64,000 nucleotides of DNA from an uncultured Candidatus Saccharibacteria bacterium. GTDB taxonomy: Bacteria; Patescibacteriota; Minisyncoccia; 2-02-FULL-40-12; GWA2-44-9. The translations under genes and the position numbers were made by a program. Under the pieces are notes generated by a model, which searched no databases, had not been told where the DNA came from, and saw only the letters and a program-made list of their open reading frames with translations. Positions 17,059-26,670 of the stretch are shown here, in pieces (the stretch's first letter is position 1; each line of letters opens with the position of its first letter). The stretch spans positions 142,072 through 206,071 of the forward strand of contig CAZENF010000002.1 of the NCBI GenBank assembly GCA_964513645.1, in the 5' to 3' direction.

Positions 17059-18150
17059 CTACCTTCTAAGAGGCATGATGAGGTACACGAAGTCTTTATT
17101 ATCGTGTTCTGGTCTGATAACCAAGGGACTTCCTTGACCGGTATATTCAATGATAATATTATCCGTCGGGATTATTTTAAGACCATCTATCAGGTAATAA
17201 TGGTTCACCGATATCTCAAAAGGTTCGTTCTTAAGCAAAGAATCAACTACAACCTGAATCTCTCCTTTGTCGGAGTTTTTAGAAGTTATCGTCGTGTTTT
17301 TTTCTTTAAATACCATCTTTATATCCGCTATATTCGAAGAAAATAATCCGGCTAAACGTGCGTTCTTTTCGAGATCTTCTTTTTTAATTAAAACGCGTGA
17401 AATGAATTTATCAGGAATAACTTTCTTGTAGTCAGGATAGTTTCCGTCTATCAAACGGGAGATCACCTCAACCTCATCAGTATAAAAACACACCTGATTT
17501 TCTCCGTATCTTACTTCAATGTCTCCTTCTACATCCCCTAAGACCCTTAATAACTCTAAGACTGTGTTTCTCGGCAGTATAAAAGAAATATTTTCTTTAT
17601 TTTTAATTTCAATTATTCTTTCTGCCAATCTGAAACTGTCTGTTGCGGCTAATGTCATTTTATTCTGATTAAATTGAGTAAAAACCCCTGATAACTCGGG
17701 TCTTGCTTCTGAAACAGCGACCGAGTCGAGAACCGCAGTTAAAGATGCACGGATAACTTTGGAAGGTACAGCTAAAGAGTTCCCTGATTTTATTTTAGGT
17801 ATTATCGGAAACTCTTTAGGGTCGAAACCTAAGATCTGGGTTTTGTATTTTTCGGTATTGATCGATAGGATATTATTCTTGGTTACCAATGTCACTTTCT
17901 CATCATTTAAATTGTCTACAAAATCTGAAAATATCCTTGCTGGGACCGCTATCTCGCCCGTTTCTTCTATTTTAGCGCCGAGATAATAACTTATCCCTAT
18001 TTCTAAATTTGTAGCCGATATTTTTAATCTGCCACTTTCAGTTCGGATAAGAACATTATTAAGTATCGGAAGAGATGGGTTTCTGGAAATAACTCTTTCA
18101 ACAGTATTTAAGGATTGTTTTAATTTTTTCTGGCTGGTAGTTATTCTCAT
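17059..18150 (-). CDS. dnaN: DNA polymerase III beta sliding clamp
   Basis: 363 aa, three-domain clamp pattern. Lies immediately downstream of dnaA on the same strand. Confidence 0.85.
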   Translation of the reverse strand: MRITTSQKKLKQSLNTVERVISRNPSLPILNNVLIRTESGRLKISATNLEIGISYYLGAKIEETGEIAVPARIFSDFVDNLNDEKVTLVTKNNILSINTEKYKTQILGFDPKEFPIIPKIKSGNSLAVPSKVIRASLTAVLDSVAVSEARPELSGVFTQFNQNKMTLAATDSFRLAERIIEIKNKENISFILPRNTVLELLRVLGDVEGDIEVRYGENQVCFYTDEVEVISRLIDGNYPDYKKVIPDKFISRVLIKKEDLEKNARLAGLFSSNIADIKMVFKEKNTTITSKNSDKGEIQVVVDSLLKNEPFEISVNHYYLIDGLKIIPTDNIIIEYTGQGSPLVIRPEHDNKDFVYLIMPLRR

Positions 18151-18266
18151 ATATAAATAAAATTAATTATTATTATTAGGGGTGTTCATATGTTTATAAT
18201 TTACGTGGCTCGGTAAACTAGATAAGGTAGATCCTTTAAAATTACTTGGGGACAATATTTTATTTT

Positions 18267-18275
18267 TGTGTATAA
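18267..18275 (-). promoter_or_regulatory. DnaA-box-like TTATACACA in the dnaA-dnaN intergenic region (candidate oriC element)
   Basis: Minus-strand TTATACACA fits the TTATNCACA consensus. The surrounding intergenic 18151-18353 is extremely AT-rich. Confidence 0.35.
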
Positions 18276-18353
18276 CGTCTTGATTTCAAAGGGATTAATT
18301 CCGGATAATATTTAAGTTTTAAGAAATAAACAAAGATATAAATAAAATATCCA

Positions 18354-19724
18354 CTACTTATCAAAAGAATTATAAACACGTTCCCGGATAAGAAGAAGTT
18401 CCTGTTTCTGCAGTTCGTCCTCGGCTTCTTCCTTCTTAATTTTATCGCAAGCATGGATAACCGTCGAATGATCCCGACCACCGAGTTTTTGACCTATTTC
18501 AGGAAAAGATAATTTGGTTTCTTCACGGAGCAGGAACATAGCCACTTGTCTTGGTTTAACAACCTCTTTTTTGCGACTTCTTTTAACCAGGTCGTTGATT
18601 GAGATATTGTAAAAATCAGCCACGCTTTTAAGGACTGTTTGAGGAGAGGTTTTACGGTAGGGACTACTAAGATAGGTCGTAAGAATGTTTTTTACTTCCT
18701 TTAAGCCAGGTTCTTTATTGTAGATCTGACTGAAGGCAACAACTCTGTTTAAAGCTCCTTCAAGCTCTCGGACGTTTTTTTGAATATTGGTGGCGATATA
18801 AGAAAGAACCTCATTATTAAGATTTGATTTCTTTTCTACCGCCTTAAGGTTGAGAATAGCCAGTCTCGTCTCAAAATCAGGTATGCCTATATCCGCTATC
18901 ATCCCCCCTTCAAAACGCGACCTCAAGCGTTCTTCGAGAGCAGGAATGGCCTTGGGTGGGCGGTCCGAAGACAGAATGACTTGTTTGTTTTTACCGTGTA
19001 ATTCGTTGAAGATGGAAAAAATAATGTCCTGGGTCTTTTCTTTTCCGGCAATGAACTGGACATCATCAATTATAAGAAGGTCAAGTTGAGAATAACTGCT
19101 CTTAAGCTGTTCAATGGATCCGGTTTTAATAGATTCGAGAAGGTCGGCAGTCATGCGTTCCGCCGGAGTATAGAGAACCTTAACATCCTTGATGTCTGCG
19201 CATAAGCGATTGCCGATGGCTTGAAGCAGGTGTGTTTTACCCAAACCAACTCCGCCATAAACGAACAAAGGGTTATAGAGTCTGCCTAAGTTCTTTGTAA
19301 TAGCCAAAGAAGCGGCATGAGCCAGATCATTGTTTGAACCGACGATATAAGAGTCGAAAGAGTATTTTCTGTTAAGGTTAGTATTTCGGTCAATGTCTTT
19401 ATCCGAATCAGAGCTGTTTTTATCTTCAAAATCTTTATCCAAGATAGCCACAGGCATCGGCTGTCTTAGATCTATCTTGGGAATACCGACGACATATTTT
19501 ATTTCCCTTACCTCCGGAGAAAGTGATCTGATAGAATCAAGGAGTTTTTTATTAAATTTATTTTCGAGCCACTCCTTAATGAACCCGTTAGGGACACTGA
19601 CGACAACCGACCGGGTATCACGCGAAAGAATAGAAGTGCTTTTAAACCAAGTCGCAAAGTTAGCCCTGGAAAGAGAAATCTCCATATCCCCCAAAACCGC
19701 CTTCCATAACTCCTCGTTGGTCAT
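18354..19724 (-). CDS. dnaA: chromosomal replication initiator DnaA
   Basis: AAA+ Walker A GGVGLGKTHLLQAIG, sensor motifs and a C-terminal DNA-binding domain (DHSTVIHA). Confidence 0.9.
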   Translation of the reverse strand: MTNEELWKAVLGDMEISLSRANFATWFKSTSILSRDTRSVVVSVPNGFIKEWLENKFNKKLLDSIRSLSPEVREIKYVVGIPKIDLRQPMPVAILDKDFEDKNSSDSDKDIDRNTNLNRKYSFDSYIVGSNNDLAHAASLAITKNLGRLYNPLFVYGGVGLGKTHLLQAIGNRLCADIKDVKVLYTPAERMTADLLESIKTGSIEQLKSSYSQLDLLIIDDVQFIAGKEKTQDIIFSIFNELHGKNKQVILSSDRPPKAIPALEERLRSRFEGGMIADIGIPDFETRLAILNLKAVEKKSNLNNEVLSYIATNIQKNVRELEGALNRVVAFSQIYNKEPGLKEVKNILTTYLSSPYRKTSPQTVLKSVADFYNISINDLVKRSRKKEVVKPRQVAMFLLREETKLSFPEIGQKLGGRDHSTVIHACDKIKKEEAEDELQKQELLLIRERVYNSFDK

Positions 19725-19986
19725 TGAGTAAAATATAAGTTATCAGTACGAGAGTCTTAAATTCAGATACTGACAATTAAGTTAAGACTAAAACTACAAG
19801 TATAAAAATATTATAGCTAAGAAAAGGAACAGACTAAAGAACATAAAAGGACCGAAAAAGTTGATATAGTGTTTATAACAAGTGGAAAAACAAGCGCAAT
19901 ATTGACCGCCTCTTTAAAAAAATGTTTAATCAAAAATTTAAAAAAAATTTTGTCAATAATAAAAATTTTAACCGGACCAAGAAGGG

Positions 19987-20015
19987 GTTGACCTGAAGCC
20001 AGAAAATTTTTATAC
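19987..20015 (+). promoter_or_regulatory. sigma70-like promoter TTGACC-17-TATACT upstream of rpmH
   Basis: Near-consensus -35/-10 with a 17-nt spacer, 14 nt before the rpmH region. Confidence 0.6.
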
Positions 20016-20028
20016 TGGTTATTACTAT

Positions 20029-20176
20029 TATGACGATATCAAAAGCCTGGACATATAGGCCTAAAAAGAAAAAAAGGAAGGTAAAGCATGGTTTTTTCGC
20101 AAGGTCCCAATCACGATACGGACGGAGGGTTTTAGCCCGCAGAAGGAAAAAAGGCAGATATAAACTGACCGTATGA
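20029..20176 (+). pseudogene. rpmH: 50S ribosomal protein L34 gene with apparent frameshift or missing start
   Basis: Frame encoding ...[42 protein letters not shown] is clearly L34. It has no start codon and begins at an in-frame TGA. The only ATG (20029) is in the +1 frame and runs into a stop after 9 codons. A 1-nt change in the A5 run at 20040-20044 would fuse them. Confidence 0.6.
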
Positions 20177-20208
20177 TCTTTTACCGGTAAAACCAGTCCC
20201 GGAAGACA

Positions 20209-20535
20209 GTGGCATTACCAACAAAAAATCGTTTAAAAAAAAGAACCGATTTCGACAAGGTCTTTAAGACCGGAAAAGCTGTTAAAGGCAGTTTTTTGTT
20301 TATAAAGTTAAAAAATAGTTCCGGGGTAACAAGATTCGGATTAATAATACCCAAAACAGTCGAGGCGCGAGCAACAGCCAGAAACCGCTTGAAGAGAGTT
20401 TTTTCAGAAAAAATAAGAGCTTACCTGAAAGAAAATGGTCTTGCCGGAAAAGACATAGTGGTAACGGTTAAAAAAGTCGATAAAGAAGAAGTGCTCCTTT
20501 CCGAACTTGGCAGATTGCTCGGAATGCTTAAATAA
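20209..20535 (+). CDS. rnpA: ribonuclease P protein component
   Basis: 108-aa basic protein in the canonical rpmH-rnpA-yidD-yidC order. Sequence pattern matches RnpA. Confidence 0.8.
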   Translation: MALPTKNRLKKRTDFDKVFKTGKAVKGSFLFIKLKNSSGVTRFGLIIPKTVEARATARNRLKRVFSEKIRAYLKENGLAGKDIVVTVKKVDKEEVLLSELGRLLGMLK

Positions 20536-20538
20536 AAA

Positions 20539-20769
20539 ATGAACACAATGATCAGTTTGATAAAATTGTATCAGTATCTCACAAGAAATGTGTTTGGCTA
20601 TGTTGCACTGCCTTTAGCTGTGAAACCGGAATGCAAATTTTACCCCTCCTGTTCAGACTATGCCGTCGAATCATTAAATAAGCACGGATTCATAAAAGGA
20701 ACATACAAATCATTTGTAAGAATATTGAAATGTAATCCCTGGGCCAAACCAGGAGTAGATATGCCTTAA
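20539..20769 (+). CDS. yidD: membrane protein insertion efficiency factor YidD
   Basis: 76 aa with the conserved YQ...SPxxxxxCxFxPSCSxY motif. Confidence 0.8.
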   Translation: MNTMISLIKLYQYLTRNVFGYVALPLAVKPECKFYPSCSDYAVESLNKHGFIKGTYKSFVRILKCNPWAKPGVDMP

Positions 20770-20773
20770 AACA

Positions 20774-21481
20774 ATGCTCGAACTATTCAATACAATTTTG
20801 TACAGACCGTTATTCAACGCCGTAATATTTCTATACGATATTATTCCCGGCGGAGATTTCGGCCTGGCAATTGTGGCTTTAACCGTGATTATTCGCTTGG
20901 CCTTTTCCCCTCTTAGCATCAAGACCATACAATCCCAGAAAACGATGAATAAAATAAATCCTAAACTCAAAGCGATAAAAGAAAAATTCAAGAATGATAA
21001 TCAGGCCCAATCGGCTGCGATCATGGAACTCTACAAGGAGCACAAGGTTAACCCGTTCTTCGGCTGCCTACCCCTCTTGATACAACTGCCGATACTGATC
21101 GCTCTTTATAGAGCTTTTAGAGCTGGATTCCAGGAAGCCAACCTCTCTATGCTGTACAGTTTTGTAAAAAATCCGGGACATATTCATACAATCTCACTTG
21201 GTTTTATAGATATAACCTCGAGAAGTATTGCCCTGGCCATTATCACCGGGGTTTTCCAGTTTATCCAATTAAAACAAAATTCCTCCATCACAGGTTCAGC
21301 CGGGGGTGTTTCTGACCAAAAAGAGCTTCAGGCTTTGAATAGCCAAATGTTGTACTTTTTTCCGGTTATGATTATAATAATTGGTTGGAACCTACCGGCC
21401 GGACTCCTTTTTTATTGGGTAGCTGCTACTTTATTCTCCATGGGCGAGCAGCTCTATGTTAAGACAAGATATAAGGATTAA
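20774..21481 (+). CDS. yidC: membrane protein insertase YidC (short form)
   Basis: 235 aa, 5-TM YidC/Oxa1 core pattern. Position after yidD. Confidence 0.8.
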   Translation: MLELFNTILYRPLFNAVIFLYDIIPGGDFGLAIVALTVIIRLAFSPLSIKTIQSQKTMNKINPKLKAIKEKFKNDNQAQSAAIMELYKEHKVNPFFGCLPLLIQLPILIALYRAFRAGFQEANLSMLYSFVKNPGHIHTISLGFIDITSRSIALAIITGVFQFIQLKQNSSITGSAGGVSDQKELQALNSQMLYFFPVMIIIIGWNLPAGLLFYWVAATLFSMGEQLYVKTRYKD

Positions 21482-21482
21482 A

Positions 21483-21968
21483 ATGGAAAATAATGAACAA
21501 AAAAACTTAAAAGAACTTATTTCGGAAACTCTTCTAAAGATGGGTCAGTTTATGAACATCGAGTGTCAGGTTGAATTTAAGGAGGAACTTGATGACCGGA
21601 ACAGTAAATCTCTCCTGATCTCGATTTATACTCCGGACAGTGCCCGGTTTCTTATAGGTAAGAACGGCCAGAATCTCAAATCTCTTGAGCAGGTTTTAAG
21701 GGCGATGCACGCTAAGAATATGTCAGATTTTAATAATATCGTTGTTGACGTTAATGATTACCGTAGATCAAGAGCCATGTACGTTCTTGATATTGCACGT
21801 CAGGCAGTGACCCGGGTCAGAAGTACCCAGAAATCAGAGGCCCTAATGCCGATGTCCCCTTACGAAAGAAGAATAGTTCACATGGAATTAGCCTCCTGTC
21901 CCGACATTGCTACCGAGAGTATCGGCGCCGAACCTAACAGAAGGATAGTTGTAAAACCTTACCCTTAA
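21483..21968 (+). CDS. jag: Jag/KhpB-like KH + R3H RNA-binding protein
   Basis: Canonical position after yidC. R3H-type C-terminus (SPYERRIVHMEL). Start placed at ATG 21483 to avoid overlap with yidC. Confidence 0.7.
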   Translation: MENNEQKNLKELISETLLKMGQFMNIECQVEFKEELDDRNSKSLLISIYTPDSARFLIGKNGQNLKSLEQVLRAMHAKNMSDFNNIVVDVNDYRRSRAMYVLDIARQAVTRVRSTQKSEALMPMSPYERRIVHMELASCPDIATESIGAEPNRRIVVKPYP

Positions 21969-21972
21969 ACAT

Positions 21973-21997
21973 AAAAGCTACCATCACGGTAGCTTTT
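21973..21997. terminator. bidirectional intrinsic terminator
   Basis: aaaagctacc-atcac-ggtagctttt between convergent genes. Confidence 0.7.
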
Positions 21998-22016
21998 ATA
22001 AAAATTTAAGAACCAC

Positions 22017-23129
22017 TTACTTGCCTAACCTCAAGGCGTAAAGCTTTTCGTCCGAATTATTAATAAATAAAATATAATCTTCTGTGTTCGAGAGGAATAG
22101 CGTTTTCACCGCGAAATCCAATTGATAGACTAATTTTTTTGAACCGTCGGAAGAGTTTATCTTGTATACATCATCAGCCGACGGCGAACTTGGGATTGCG
22201 CAGTAAAAATTAATATCATCGATGCTCCAGGCGCATTTTAAGGCGTCCGCCTGAATGTTCAATGGCTTTTCATCCCCGGAATCAGCAGACTTTAGATAAA
22301 GGTCAGGTAAGGATGAATTTGGGTCAACCTGGGTTGAAAAAAGTTCTTTGTTACCGCTCTTTGACCAGTTTTCCTGAACGTTAACCTTAGGATCCATGAA
22401 ATTCTTAAGCCAGACCTTGTCAGGGTCAAGGAGAAGAATTCCCTTATCCGGAGTCTCAAGCACTATCTGGTTCAGAGATGGCCATAAAATTTGCAGACCA
22501 CTTATCCGGGTACCGAGTACCTTCTTAGGTGTACTGCCGTCTGATTGAGCAACAAACACAGAACCTTCTGCCGAACCGCTCGATGTAGGATCGGTGGAAA
22601 AATAGGCCAAATAATTTCCATCCGGTGAAAAAGCCATTGATTGAACACCGGGACCGAGCAAAATGGTTTTTCCGGTATCCAGGTTTGAATATTTAAAATC
22701 AAAACCTTTTTCCGAATAGAATGCGTTTATAACCTCTTTTTTGTTGGGCGACCAGAGGGCTGATACAAAATTGGTCAGAATTTGGCTTGAGACAGAGGTT
22801 TCGGATTTATTAACCAGGTCGTACTCAAAGAGTTTGCCGGTGTTCTTTTCGTAATACAGAACACTGCCATTGTCGGGAGAAGTTGTCGGCGAGACCACTT
22901 TCCGGTCCGAAACCAAAAAAGGTGTTGTTTCGTCAGGCGTTGCATTAGGGGTCGGACTGTTTTTATCTGAAGAGGCCGAATCACTCCCAAACTTATCAAG
23001 GATGGTACCTGTTTTTGAGGAGGGAGAATTTATCAGACCTAAATCCCCTTTTAGGAACAAATAGCCGCCCAAAAAAGCCGTCAAAGACAGAGAAACAATA
23101 AGGAATGGTGAAAGTTTTTTGTTTTTCAT
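22017..23129 (-). CDS. secreted hypothetical protein, beta-propeller-like (last gene of T4SS-like operon)
   Basis: Signal/anchor helix then repetitive segments (DGNYLAYFS, DGSTPKKV, DGSKKLVYQ) suggestive of TolB-like beta-propeller blades. Inference only. Confidence 0.4.
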   Translation of the reverse strand: MKNKKLSPFLIVSLSLTAFLGGYLFLKGDLGLINSPSSKTGTILDKFGSDSASSDKNSPTPNATPDETTPFLVSDRKVVSPTTSPDNGSVLYYEKNTGKLFEYDLVNKSETSVSSQILTNFVSALWSPNKKEVINAFYSEKGFDFKYSNLDTGKTILLGPGVQSMAFSPDGNYLAYFSTDPTSSGSAEGSVFVAQSDGSTPKKVLGTRISGLQILWPSLNQIVLETPDKGILLLDPDKVWLKNFMDPKVNVQENWSKSGNKELFSTQVDPNSSLPDLYLKSADSGDEKPLNIQADALKCAWSIDDINFYCAIPSSPSADDVYKINSSDGSKKLVYQLDFAVKTLFLSNTEDYILFINNSDEKLYALRLGK

Positions 23130-23165
23130 AAAGGACAGGATAATTGATTATAGCACCTCGAAGAT

Positions 23166-23894
23166 TTATTGGGAAAATTGTTCTCGAGCCTCCTGGGCGG
23201 CCTTACTCGCCTGTTCATACAATTTTTTTTCAATAAAATAGGCCCAGAAGACGGATATGGTTGTCCAAGGCATAACATCAAGATAGGGTACAAAATCTAA
23301 ACCTGCCCCGGTACCCAAGGCTCCAAGAGGACTTTTATTGACTATATTGCTCAATTTTTTAGTGGTATTTAAAAGTTTTTCGGAAGTACCTTTAAGACCG
23401 GGAATTTTGCCGACCAACTTAGCTCCTTGCTGAACCCGCTGTTCTAAATAAACTATTCTCTGGGCGGCTGCGGTCATGTTATCGCTAAGATCAGTGATGA
23501 AAGACTTGGCTTCTTTTTGCTTGGCATCGGTGAACCAGTAGATAAGAAACATAGCTGCCGTAATGAATTTGGTGATAATCCAGGCAAAAACCGCACCAAC
23601 CCCGGTCATATCCAGAAGATCTATAATGTCTTTAATTATGCCTAAAGGTAAAAGAAGGACAAAATATTTGAATAAAGAAGGTCGTTTGTAGGACGAACCC
23701 TGATTCAAAAGTAACTCCTTTTCCTTATTCAGTTCTTGTTCGATTGCTAACTGATTAGCATATCCAGCTTCCTCATCTTCCTGTTGTTCTAACTCTTCTT
23801 GTATAGTCTCAATCTCTTCTTTTGAAATTTCTTCCTGTTGAACTGGTCTGTTTTGAACAGAGCTCTCTAAAAGTTGTTGTTCTTGGTCGGACAT
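23166..23894 (-). CDS. hypothetical membrane protein with acidic coiled N-terminus (T4SS-like operon)
   Basis: Acidic Glu-rich N-terminal segment, then 3-4 TM helices. Start set at the internal Met to abut the VirB4-like stop. Confidence 0.4.
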   Translation of the reverse strand: MSDQEQQLLESSVQNRPVQQEEISKEEIETIQEELEQQEDEEAGYANQLAIEQELNKEKELLLNQGSSYKRPSLFKYFVLLLPLGIIKDIIDLLDMTGVGAVFAWIITKFITAAMFLIYWFTDAKQKEAKSFITDLSDNMTAAAQRIVYLEQRVQQGAKLVGKIPGLKGTSEKLLNTTKKLSNIVNKSPLGALGTGAGLDFVPYLDVMPWTTISVFWAYFIEKKLYEQASKAAQEAREQFSQ

Positions 23895-23898
23895 AGTA

Positions 23899-25662
23899 TT
23901 AACTGTTCTCTTTTGCCCACTCTTCTTTAGCTTTTTCGACTTCAAGTATCTGTCTCGGGTCAGAGGTTATTATCTGGTCTTCAGCGTATGATGCGACAAC
24001 ACGGATGCCGACATGATTTTGTCCAATGAACAAAAGCCCGAAACCTACCCGGGCTTCGAGAAGATAATATTTTTCAGCATCAGTCAGGTTGAAAGTCTGC
24101 TTAACAACGTCTATTGCCGCCGGCGATTGTTTCATTAGGACCTGCATTGAGGAGTTGGTCACTATCGCCTTCCCTTGAGCCGTGGCCATAAAATCAGGAA
24201 TATCTTGAGAAATGGTCGTGAGGCCTAAATAATATTTCCTGGCCCGTTTGGCGATATTGAACAGGAACTCTGCGCCCAAGGGATATTTCATCAGCCACCA
24301 GGCCTCGTCTACGGCCAGAACTCTTTTTTTCAGATCTCTTCTGACCTGGGTCCAGATATGGTTCAAGATCAAATACATTGCGATAGGTCTTAGCTCCTCT
24401 TCCATGTCGCGGATACTGAAAACAACCAGACGATTCTCGAGAGAAACATTGGTTGGATTGTTCAAAAATCCGGCGAAAGTTCCCTGGGAGTATTTTTTAA
24501 GACGGACAGCCATTGATTCAGCGCCGGTCAAACCTTCCATAACATTTTGAAGGTCGGATAATATTGGTGGAGGGCGGTTGGTAAAATCCTGTTCCGCGGT
24601 TATATCTTTAATCGCATAGGTTTGGATAAGGGCTTCATCAAGTATGGAATCCTCTTCAGGCGTAAGTGTGCCGAGGATTAATTTTAAAAGACCGAGCAGA
24701 TCAAGAAGGTGAGACTTAAAGACATCGGCCGGAGATTCGTCTTGTTTCGGCGCCGGCAGATCAAAGGGGTTAAGGTGATGGGGGGAGTTTATCGATATTT
24801 TAACGGTTGAACCGCCGACGGTCTCGGCAAGATATTTATACTCATCTTCAGGATCGATCACCAGAACCTGAGTTCCGAATATCATGCTTCGGAGGATTTC
24901 AAGTTTGACGGTATAACTTTTTCCGCCGCCTGATTTTCCGAATACAACCGAATTTGCATTCTCAAGCTCAAAGCGGTCATAAAGCACGAGAGAATTGTTG
25001 TGAGTATTTATGCCGTACAGTATCCCAGAGTTTGAAGTGAGGTCAAAAGATACGAACGGGAATACGGAAGATAAGGGTTCGGTATTCATCGAGGTATAGA
25101 CATTGACCTTGTCCGTATTTAGAGGAAGAGTCGAAGTAAATCCTTCAGACATTCTGAAAGTGGCCGGCCGCGAAAATATCAGCTGATATTCGAGCATGCC
25201 TCGAAGCTTATTCTCCGTTTCATCAAGCTCTTTTAAACTCGATTCATAGAAGGTTAGATAGATGCCAATCTCGAAAAATCTGTCCGTCCCCTGCTGAAGA
25301 CGATCTCGCAGACTTTCAATGTCTTGAATTGCGGTCTCAAGTATTGGATTACGAACCTTACCGGCAGCAGATTCTTCCATCACTTCAGCTTCGAGACGGG
25401 CTAACTGGTCACGTAGCTGTTTAAGGATTTGGGCGGTATTCTTTGGGTTTACGAAGATAGAGATATCAAAAACCCGGTCGAGGTTTATTACCGGCGAGAA
25501 CCAGTTGGTATGGAGATAACGCGGGTAGGTGGCCAGAAAGATCGTCCGGGCGTATTGATTCCCGATCTGAATATGATTCGGCGCAACACTAAGAGCCGAC
25601 GGTGCTAAGAAGCTGTCGATATTTTTTGTATTGGTCTCGGTTGTTGGTTTAGGTTTGGCCAT
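23899..25662 (-). CDS. VirB4/TrbE/CagE-family type IV secretion ATPase (C-terminal ATPase module)
   Basis: Walker A SVVFGKSGGGKSY and Walker B RVLAVDEAWWLM (the DEAW hallmark of VirB4), then GLTTISQDIPDF. Start chosen at MAKPKP, 4 nt after the upstream stop. Confidence 0.7.
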   Translation of the reverse strand: MAKPKPTTETNTKNIDSFLAPSALSVAPNHIQIGNQYARTIFLATYPRYLHTNWFSPVINLDRVFDISIFVNPKNTAQILKQLRDQLARLEAEVMEESAAGKVRNPILETAIQDIESLRDRLQQGTDRFFEIGIYLTFYESSLKELDETENKLRGMLEYQLIFSRPATFRMSEGFTSTLPLNTDKVNVYTSMNTEPLSSVFPFVSFDLTSNSGILYGINTHNNSLVLYDRFELENANSVVFGKSGGGKSYTVKLEILRSMIFGTQVLVIDPEDEYKYLAETVGGSTVKISINSPHHLNPFDLPAPKQDESPADVFKSHLLDLLGLLKLILGTLTPEEDSILDEALIQTYAIKDITAEQDFTNRPPPILSDLQNVMEGLTGAESMAVRLKKYSQGTFAGFLNNPTNVSLENRLVVFSIRDMEEELRPIAMYLILNHIWTQVRRDLKKRVLAVDEAWWLMKYPLGAEFLFNIAKRARKYYLGLTTISQDIPDFMATAQGKAIVTNSSMQVLMKQSPAAIDVVKQTFNLTDAEKYYLLEARVGFGLLFIGQNHVGIRVVASYAEDQIITSDPRQILEVEKAKEEWAKENS

Positions 25663-25666
25663 AATT

Positions 25667-26311
25667 TTATATCTTCTTCTCTTCGCCGGTGGTTTTAGCG
25701 ACAGGATTGTAAAGATTATAGAACATCTGGACGAGCTCATCTCTTTCAAGCACCCTGGTCTTCAATCCAATTCCGACCAAGCCGCCAAAAATCAGTTCCG
25801 CTCTTTGCATAAGCTGATTTCTGTAGATTTGGAATTTATCGTCGGAGATAGATTGTGTCTGGCCTCCCTGGCCTGCGATGCTTTTTATACTTTGGAATAT
25901 TCCGGTTTTGGTCGGAGCTTCAAAAATATAGAACGGAACAACGATATAGAATTTTTTAGACATTATATTGGTAAGAGATGAGAGCTCTTTTATAAATTTC
26001 ATATATTCATTTGCTTGAATGCGGAGAAGTTCATTATCAAGTCCGGCAGAAGCTTCGGAAGCCAGTTTAAGATAGTCATCTATGTAAAGTCTTCTCGAGA
26101 CGATAGAAATATGAAGCGGGAAATCTATAGAGTTTAAAAATTTCTGGAAATTCTGAATTATGGCTATTTGTTCATCTTCCGAGCGGAGCTCAAAATTGAT
26201 GGCCGAAACCTCAACTATTACCCGCATCGAGCCGTCTTTAAGAAGCAAGACGCTGTCTCTTATCTCGGATATCGAAACCAGATTTTGGGTCGAAGGACCG
26301 GCGGTCGCCAT
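25667..26311 (-). CDS. VirB4 N-terminal-domain-like protein (possible split VirB4)
   Basis: 214-aa ORF immediately upstream of the ATPase ORF. Length and pattern resemble the VirB4/TrbE N-terminal domain. Assignment is by context. Confidence 0.4.
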   Translation of the reverse strand: MATAGPSTQNLVSISEIRDSVLLLKDGSMRVIVEVSAINFELRSEDEQIAIIQNFQKFLNSIDFPLHISIVSRRLYIDDYLKLASEASAGLDNELLRIQANEYMKFIKELSSLTNIMSKKFYIVVPFYIFEAPTKTGIFQSIKSIAGQGGQTQSISDDKFQIYRNQLMQRAELIFGGLVGIGLKTRVLERDELVQMFYNLYNPVAKTTGEEKKI

Positions 26312-26322
26312 ATTAATTATGT

Positions 26323-26667
26323 TTACTTATTTTTCCTGTCTGAAATTATAATCTCTTTTTCAACACCTATTTCCTGCATATCGGACTTTTCTTCTTTTTT
26401 AAAAACATATTGCTTTGGATTAAAAAGATAACCAAGCCAGTAAAGAATGTAATTTATCAAAGGGACGTCGCTTATCCTGACAAAGGCCAGAGCGGCGGAT
26501 AATCCCGCGACAGGTATGGCCAGGAAAAAAAATATAAGACGGTTCATGGTCAGAAACATGAAAAATACCACTGCCCCGCCGCTTGCAAGCCAGAGAAATT
26601 GTTTAAGGGTTAAAGGCCCAATAAGTTTTGTTTCTGTCTCTATGAATTGTGGAACTTGAAATTTCAA
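26323..26667 (-). CDS. VirB3-like small two-TM membrane protein
   Basis: 114 aa with two adjacent TM helices, placed directly upstream of the VirB4-like genes as VirB3/TrbD usually is. Confidence 0.35.
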   Translation of the reverse strand: MKFQVPQFIETETKLIGPLTLKQFLWLASGGAVVFFMFLTMNRLIFFFLAIPVAGLSAALAFVRISDVPLINYILYWLGYLFNPKQYVFKKEEKSDMQEIGVEKEIIISDRKNK

Positions 26668-26670
26668 TGT

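Noticed and set aside
20030-20032. Alternative genetic code (UGA=Gly, code 25) to rescue rpmH
   Set aside because: Recoding TGA would still leave the L34 frame without a start codon, because the upstream in-frame codons contain no ATG.
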